Of a stretch of DNA of 64,000 nucleotides, positions 58,534-64,000 are shown in pieces. The stretch's first letter is position 1, and every line of letters begins with the position of its first letter. A model generated the notes under the pieces. The model had not been told where the DNA came from and did not search any database. It saw only the letters and a list, made by a program, of their open reading frames with translations. Origin of the DNA: Candidatus Dojkabacteria bacterium. Its GTDB lineage: Bacteria > Patescibacteriota > Dojkabacteria > JAHIVN01. The stretch is from the NCBI GenBank assembly GCA_016932045.1, contig JAFGDO010000002.1, positions 66,553-130,552 of the forward strand. Direction: 5' to 3'. The position numbers were made by a program, and so were the translations under genes.

Positions 58534-59172
58534 TTGCATTTTATTTCGAAAATAATTATTATGAGCAGGCAGAGAATCTCCAGATTAATTATCAGTAATA
58601 AATGGGAAATGAGTCCAAAGGACCGCCTAAACGGCAAATATATTGACACAACTGAACTAATGGATCTTCATAAAAAGCTAAAAAGGAAGAAGTTAAAGGT
58701 GGTCTTTACTGCCGGCAGCTGGGACCTGCTTCATGTCGGGCAGATGAGGTACTTAGAAAAATCAAAGTCTCAGGGGGACGTATTGGTTGTAGGTGTTAAC
58801 AGTAACGAAGCTATTCGTAAAGTGAAGGGACCGAATAAGCCGATACTTGATGAAATAGTAAGAGCAGAAGCTTTAACGTATTTACGGGCTGTTGACTATG
58901 TGACTATTATACCAACTCCAAGCTGTCAGCCTATACTCGGTCTTTTGAAGCCGGATGTATACGTCACAGTAGGCGAAGATTGGAACAAGGATTATCAAAA
59001 ATCTAAGGAATATAAAACAGTTACTGATTATGGTGGTGAGGTAAAGTTAGTAGACAGACAATCCCCCTATATATCTACTACAAAGATTGTTGAGAGAGTT
59101 GTTGGAGCCCAAATGGGAGATATGTTTAAGAAATTCATGAAGGTTAGAAAAAGGCCGTTAAAGGAGAATTAG
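58534..59172 (+). CDS. Cytidylyl/adenylyltransferase (RfaE2/TagD-like)
   Basis: AGSWDLLHVGQ, LVVGVNS, KGPNKP, GEDW and ISTT motifs; start probably MSRQR at 58561. Confidence 0.9.
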   Translation: MHFISKIIIMSRQRISRLIISNKWEMSPKDRLNGKYIDTTELMDLHKKLKRKKLKVVFTAGSWDLLHVGQMRYLEKSKSQGDVLVVGVNSNEAIRKVKGPNKPILDEIVRAEALTYLRAVDYVTIIPTPSCQPILGLLKPDVYVTVGEDWNKDYQKSKEYKTVTDYGGEVKLVDRQSPYISTTKIVERVVGAQMGDMFKKFMKVRKRPLKEN

Positions 59173-59308
59173 TTGGATAGTAAAATTGAAATTTCAGACT
59201 GTTAAATTCGGGTTAAAGGAATATATAGCAAATAGCAATATACGTTCTTCACAAGCTCTCTCTCTCTGATGTAAAATACTGCCAAGGAATAGATTAGCTC
59301 ATCTGTAG

Positions 59309-60268
59309 TTGGGAAAGAAAAAATTCTACAATCCTCAAACAAATATTTTCGACTTTAGAAAAAAGCAAGCACGAAGCTGGGATTGGTATGATAAGATTTG
59401 GAAAACAGTTAATAAATGCGCATTCTGCGATCTTAACGAACGATACGTGATATTTGAAAAAAACGGAATTGTCCTTACCGCAAACCTTTATCCATACATT
59501 GATGCACATCTTCTGATAATACCAAGAAGACATGTAGAGTATGTGAAAGAATTAACAAAGGAGGAGTGGGACGCCCTAAGAGGCATAATGTATGTTGCAA
59601 AGAAAGTATTAAGAAGAGTTTTTAAAAAGAAAAGTTTATGGTTTTTATATAGGGAAGGAGCTTTAGGTGAGGGGCAAAAGACTGTCGGTCATTTACATGT
59701 TCAGGTTATCCCTTATAAAGAAGGTTTAGTTAAGTGGGACTATCAGCCGATAAACTGGGCTCCGGGGGAAGTCGGAGACAGGTTAAAAGAGGAGAAGAAT
59801 TTTATGGAAGGAAAGTATGAGAAGTATATTTTGAAATATGGAGCTTATGCGCAGACTGAGCGGCGAATCGTTGTAAACTGTTTAATCAGGAATTCTAAAG
59901 GAGAAGTATTACTTGTGAAGAAAAAAATATCATTAAAGAACCAATGGGAAACGCCTGCAGGAAGTGTGGAGGGAGATGAGAGTTTAATTCAGGCACTACA
60001 ACGAGAGATGAAAGAGGAGGTAAATTTGAGTATTAAAAATGTTAAATTCATAGGAATAGAAGAGGACAGGCAGAGAGTGTTTTTTGAAGGAGGCTTTGAA
60101 AAGGATTGGAATTTAATTTTTTTAAACTACACTGCGGAGGTAAAATCGGGTAGACTGAAGGCAGGGGATGATACTAAAGAGGCTAAATGGGTGGATATAA
60201 ATAAGTTACAAAGATATAAACTTTCAAATATAACAAAAAGGATTATAAAGAAGTTATTTACTTTTTAA
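59309..60268 (+). CDS. HIT-family (HxHxQ) plus NUDIX fusion
   Basis: CAFC, NLYPY..HLLIIPRRH, HLHVQ; Nudix box GSVEGDESLIQALQREMKEEVNL. Confidence 0.9.
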   Translation: MGKKKFYNPQTNIFDFRKKQARSWDWYDKIWKTVNKCAFCDLNERYVIFEKNGIVLTANLYPYIDAHLLIIPRRHVEYVKELTKEEWDALRGIMYVAKKVLRRVFKKKSLWFLYREGALGEGQKTVGHLHVQVIPYKEGLVKWDYQPINWAPGEVGDRLKEEKNFMEGKYEKYILKYGAYAQTERRIVVNCLIRNSKGEVLLVKKKISLKNQWETPAGSVEGDESLIQALQREMKEEVNLSIKNVKFIGIEEDRQRVFFEGGFEKDWNLIFLNYTAEVKSGRLKAGDDTKEAKWVDINKLQRYKLSNITKRIIKKLFTF

Positions 60269-60298
60269 ATAATTATTAAGTACTTTTTGTTCTTTAAT

Positions 60299-61036
60299 TT
60301 AATCGATTTGTTGATAAACAAATAATAACAAACCGTTTAGAACATTAAAAACTGATATTTGTAATTCTTTTACAGTTTGAAGAGTAGGTGGATTTTTAAG
60401 CCAATTTTTGATATCGGTGCACTTCTCTATTGAATCAATCAATAGTTTTAAAAACAGTACAATTGATTTTGTGGCTCGGATTGATTCTATTAAATGTCTT
60501 GATTCTATAATCATAAAAGCTGCAATGGATGTTTCAATTTCTAATTTAGAAGGTAAATCTTGAGTTGGATCAGGATTAAACTTACCTTGGACTTTTAAAT
60601 GATTTAACTGAAAAAGGATTCTTGCATATAATCTTCCGTCTATAAGAGCAACTTTAGGTAGAAAGTGATTGTAAAAAATATTAAATGGTTCTCTACTGTG
60701 TTCCAAAGTTAAAGTTCTGGTTGCTATTAATGATTCAATTTTATCCTTGAAACGACTAAGTTCATCTTCGAAAACTTGAAAATCAACTTCTTTTGTCTCT
60801 GTCTGAAATTCAACAACAATAGTTTCAATAATTCTTATATTATGTCTGCACCAATATTCAGCAATAGCAAGATTAAAATTATCTATAGAATTTTGAATTA
60901 TTTCTCTTAAACCACCTGAAATATTTTCTTGTTCTGCAAAATCAGCAAAAGCAACAGCAACTTGTTGTGAATCTTCGTATGGAAATCCTATTTCAATACA
61001 CTCCAACGCATCTTGATTTGTAATATCATGCTCCAT
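60299..61036 (-). CDS. Hypothetical helical protein
   Basis: 245-aa ORF with no recognisable motif. Confidence 0.6.
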   Translation of the reverse strand: MEHDITNQDALECIEIGFPYEDSQQVAVAFADFAEQENISGGLREIIQNSIDNFNLAIAEYWCRHNIRIIETIVVEFQTETKEVDFQVFEDELSRFKDKIESLIATRTLTLEHSREPFNIFYNHFLPKVALIDGRLYARILFQLNHLKVQGKFNPDPTQDLPSKLEIETSIAAFMIIESRHLIESIRATKSIVLFLKLLIDSIEKCTDIKNWLKNPPTLQTVKELQISVFNVLNGLLLFVYQQID

Positions 61037-61106
61037 AAAGCGGTATTAAGTTCTGAATAATTTAAATGTATAATAGATAAACTTAAATGTAACCTTTAGT
61101 ATTACA

Positions 61107-62060
61107 ATGTCATCAATCGACTGGAACAATATTTCACAGAAGAAAAAAGACATATATAAAAAGTATACAAACGGTGTCTTTGTAGCTGGCTCTATGTTCA
61201 CGACAAACAAAAAAGTACAAGAAATCCTGTTTGAGAATATAAAGTCAAGAATATTATTCGGCTGTTTAAAAGATAAAGAAATCCCAGGACTTGAAGGATC
61301 TCCGCAGTTTTCACCGATGAAGAAAGATGTTTTGAAGAAATTCTTGAAGAATAATAGAAATGTTCAAATATTGAAACACTTTCATAAGGATACAAAAAAC
61401 ATTATTAAAGAATTTAAACCCCATAAAGTTGTATTTATTAACGGCAGCTGGCAAGGTCCTATTCACTATAGAAGCGAATACTGGAAAGCTATTGAAGTAG
61501 GTGCAAAGATCGAACTTATTTCACCATTTGCAAGTGAGAGGGAGGCAAAAAACTATGAAAAGAGAATTGCTGACAGCCAACAGCTAACAGCTGACAGCTT
61601 ATATAAAAAAAGGGGAAAGTACTCTGATAAGGAATTAATGAAGCTGGCCTCTGAAGTGAGTAAGTTCAGCTGGGATTGGATTGGACAAACCGGAGCTGTG
61701 TTAGCTAAAAAAGGAAAAGTACTCGCTGTTGCTTGGAATAGAGTTGTTCCTTATGAGGCTTATCAGATGTTTGAAGGTTCCCCTCGCGAGGAGAACCAAA
61801 TTCCTTCTCAAGAGATGTTAGAAACACAACTTACAAATCACGCTGAGTGTGAGATTTTGGAAATTGCGAGAAGAGAGAAAATAAATTTAAAGGGTACCTC
61901 TCTTTATATAAACCTTTTCCCTTGTCCAATATGTGCGAAGATGCTTTCTAGAAGTGAAATCGGAAAAATCGTATACTCGCAGGATCACAATCTAGGAAAT
62001 GACATTGGATACAGGATACTTGAAATGAGTAGTAAAAATATAAGGAGAGTAATAATTTGA
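61107..62060 (+). CDS. dCMP/cytidine deaminase-family domain fused to an N-terminal Rossmannoid domain
   Basis: QTGAVL, N, HAE and PCPICAKML motifs. Confidence 0.85.
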   Translation: MSSIDWNNISQKKKDIYKKYTNGVFVAGSMFTTNKKVQEILFENIKSRILFGCLKDKEIPGLEGSPQFSPMKKDVLKKFLKNNRNVQILKHFHKDTKNIIKEFKPHKVVFINGSWQGPIHYRSEYWKAIEVGAKIELISPFASEREAKNYEKRIADSQQLTADSLYKKRGKYSDKELMKLASEVSKFSWDWIGQTGAVLAKKGKVLAVAWNRVVPYEAYQMFEGSPREENQIPSQEMLETQLTNHAECEILEIARREKINLKGTSLYINLFPCPICAKMLSRSEIGKIVYSQDHNLGNDIGYRILEMSSKNIRRVII

Positions 62061-62092
62061 TAAGTTGATTATCTTGAATAACTATTTCTATT

Positions 62093-62812
62093 GTGAACAT
62101 AAAAAAGATCCGCGTTAATGATCTGGAAATTGAATATATCATTAAGGGAGAAGGGAAAGCAATGCTTTTCCTTCATGGAGGTAGTGTAAGTTTTAGAAGT
62201 AGTAAGGTGTTTTTAGATGAAGTTAGTAAATACTTTAAAGTCTATGCTATATCACTACCTGGTGCTGGAAAATCATCTAAGATCCCAAAGAAGTGGAAAT
62301 ATGAAGACTTTATTAATTTAATAAAGTCTTATTCTGACAAGTTTAATCTTCAAAATGGTATTATTTGTGGTCATTCATTAGGGGGAGCTTTTGCAACTTG
62401 TGTTTGTGCAAGTTATCCTGATTACTTCAAAAAAGCAATATTACTTGCTCCGGTTGGAGCAAAGCAAGAACATTCAGCGAAATCAATATATACTGTTGTC
62501 AAAAATCATATTAGATCCTTATTCAAAGATAGCACTTTAAGAGACGATATTTTGATTAACCTACGATATCATTTTAGTGACATGTCTAAATTAGCAAAAA
62601 TTTTTAGTGTTTTAGATTTAGTTGATACAATGAAGAGACTTCAAAATGAAGTTATACTTATGTGGGGAAAGCAAGATGAAGTTATAAGTTTTGATGATAG
62701 TAAAATATTTCAGAAAAATATTAAAAAATGCAGGTTGTATACATTTAATGGTACTCATGGATTTTTAAATGAATATCCGCGTAAAGTTGTTGATATTATT
62801 AAAATGAGTTAA
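62093..62812 (+). CDS. Alpha/beta hydrolase
   Basis: FLHGG, LPGAG, GHSLGG, WGKQD and H motifs. Confidence 0.9.
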   Translation: MNIKKIRVNDLEIEYIIKGEGKAMLFLHGGSVSFRSSKVFLDEVSKYFKVYAISLPGAGKSSKIPKKWKYEDFINLIKSYSDKFNLQNGIICGHSLGGAFATCVCASYPDYFKKAILLAPVGAKQEHSAKSIYTVVKNHIRSLFKDSTLRDDILINLRYHFSDMSKLAKIFSVLDLVDTMKRLQNEVILMWGKQDEVISFDDSKIFQKNIKKCRLYTFNGTHGFLNEYPRKVVDIIKMS

Positions 62813-62821
62813 AAATAGATT

Positions 62822-63835
62822 GTGTTAACTTTTTTGAAAAAAGGTTTAGTTTGTCTTGCACCAATTGATGGTTATACCGATTGCGCTTTCAGAGAAATCG
62901 TAAAAAGGTATGGTAATCCGGATTTACTTTTTACAGAATTCGTGAATTGCCAAGGACTTATCCGTGCAACCGACAAATTGATAGACATTTTAAGGTACAC
63001 AGAGTTCCAACGACCAATAATTGCCCAGCTTTTCGGTAAAGAACCTGAATACTTCTATAAAGCGAGTTTACTTTTGTGTCACTTGGGATTTGATGGAATT
63101 GATATCAACATGGGGTGTCCTGCAAAGAATATATCTTCAAAAGGAGGTGGAGCTGCGTTGATTAAGGAGCCGGAGTTGGCACAAGAGATTATCTTTTCGG
63201 TTAAGAAAGCAGTGAAAGAATATAAAAGTGGTAAATCTTCAATCTACAATCTACAATTTGTTAAAACTATGATTGAAAATTGGGGACTGAAGATTGAAGA
63301 TTCTAGAAAAATTTCAGTTTCCGTTAAAACTCGAACTGGATATGACGAAGATAATACCGAGGAATGGATAAAAGCTATTTCTGAAGCGAAACCGGATTTT
63401 ATCTCACTTCATGCCAGAACTTTTAAACAACGGTTTACAGGCGTTGCGGATTGGGGAGCTGTCAAACGAGCAGTTAAAGCTACAGATATACCAATAATCG
63501 GAAATGGTGATGTTCAAGGTGCCGAGGATGCTCAAATAAAAGTCAAACAATCGGGTTGTTTTGGTGTTATGATCGGAAGATGTGCCTTGGGCAGACCATG
63601 GGTATTTCAAAGGGGAATGGTGAGAGGGAAAAGGGAAAAGGTAGAATTAATTAGGAAAATAGCGCTGGAACATGCCGAGCTCTATGCCAAATATAAAGGG
63701 GAAGAAAAATTCTATGAGATGAGGAAACATCTCATGTCTTATTTCAGAGGGTTTAGGGGAGCAAAGAAGTTGCGTGAAAAGGTTTGTACTGTTAGTAGTC
63801 TCAAAGAGCTTAGAAGTATTATCGACACCTTATAA
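62822..63835 (+). CDS. tRNA-dihydrouridine synthase (DusB-like)
   Basis: LAPIDGYTD, AQLFG, DINMGCP, SVKTR, HART, GNGD, MIGR and MRKH motifs. Confidence 0.95.
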   Translation: MLTFLKKGLVCLAPIDGYTDCAFREIVKRYGNPDLLFTEFVNCQGLIRATDKLIDILRYTEFQRPIIAQLFGKEPEYFYKASLLLCHLGFDGIDINMGCPAKNISSKGGGAALIKEPELAQEIIFSVKKAVKEYKSGKSSIYNLQFVKTMIENWGLKIEDSRKISVSVKTRTGYDEDNTEEWIKAISEAKPDFISLHARTFKQRFTGVADWGAVKRAVKATDIPIIGNGDVQGAEDAQIKVKQSGCFGVMIGRCALGRPWVFQRGMVRGKREKVELIRKIALEHAELYAKYKGEEKFYEMRKHLMSYFRGFRGAKKLREKVCTVSSLKELRSIIDTL

Positions 63836-64000
63836 CAATAAAACTTTGTAATTTTCTAGCTATCTACATATGAAACAATGGCCCTTATACTACAAAGATT
63901 TCCTGACAGTATCAAATCCTAAGTGCAATGTAGGAGTATGTACCCTTTGGACGCCGAAAGACAAGTTAACAAACCAATTAGACAAAAAGAGCTTCTCTTT

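Noticed and set aside
59270-59311. Stop-codon readthrough or recoding at the TAG just before the HIT-NUDIX TTG start
   Set aside because: The upstream frame is short with no start or homology cue. TAG and TGA end many clear genes, so code 11 holds.
63870-64000. Possible 3' end of a minus-strand gene at the window edge
   Set aside because: Two frames are open and the segment is too short to choose between them or assign a product.

Overview
AT-rich bacterial chromosomal window, standard code 11 (TGA is used as stop). Gene content suggests a Patescibacteria/CPR-type genome: GT-C/DPM1-like glycosyltransferases, a type IV pilus locus with no secretin in the window, bL19 with a charged tail, and many orphans. 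The taxonomy is an inference. In order, the window holds a surface-glycosylation cluster, gpmI, an ECF sigma/anti-sigma pair, an ABC exporter, accessory genes, tRNA-Leu(GAG) and tRNA-Asp(GTC), radical SAM genes (one frameshifted), a cAMP module (two class III cyclases, FecR protein, cNMP-binding membrane protein), the pilus operon with two tandem major pilins, sppA-recX-XRE-rplS-rnhB-yraN, a minimal [FeFe]-hydrogenase-like gene with a membrane partner, DJ-1 paralogs, a nucleotide-handling cluster and dus. The most striking observation is that each intact tRNA sits inside an interrupted outer tRNA of the same type (5' half upstream, 3' half downstream). In the Leu shell, the D-loop and T-loop insertions are complementary to each other and could form a long helix enclosing the inner tRNA. 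All calls are by eye from motifs; no database searches were run.
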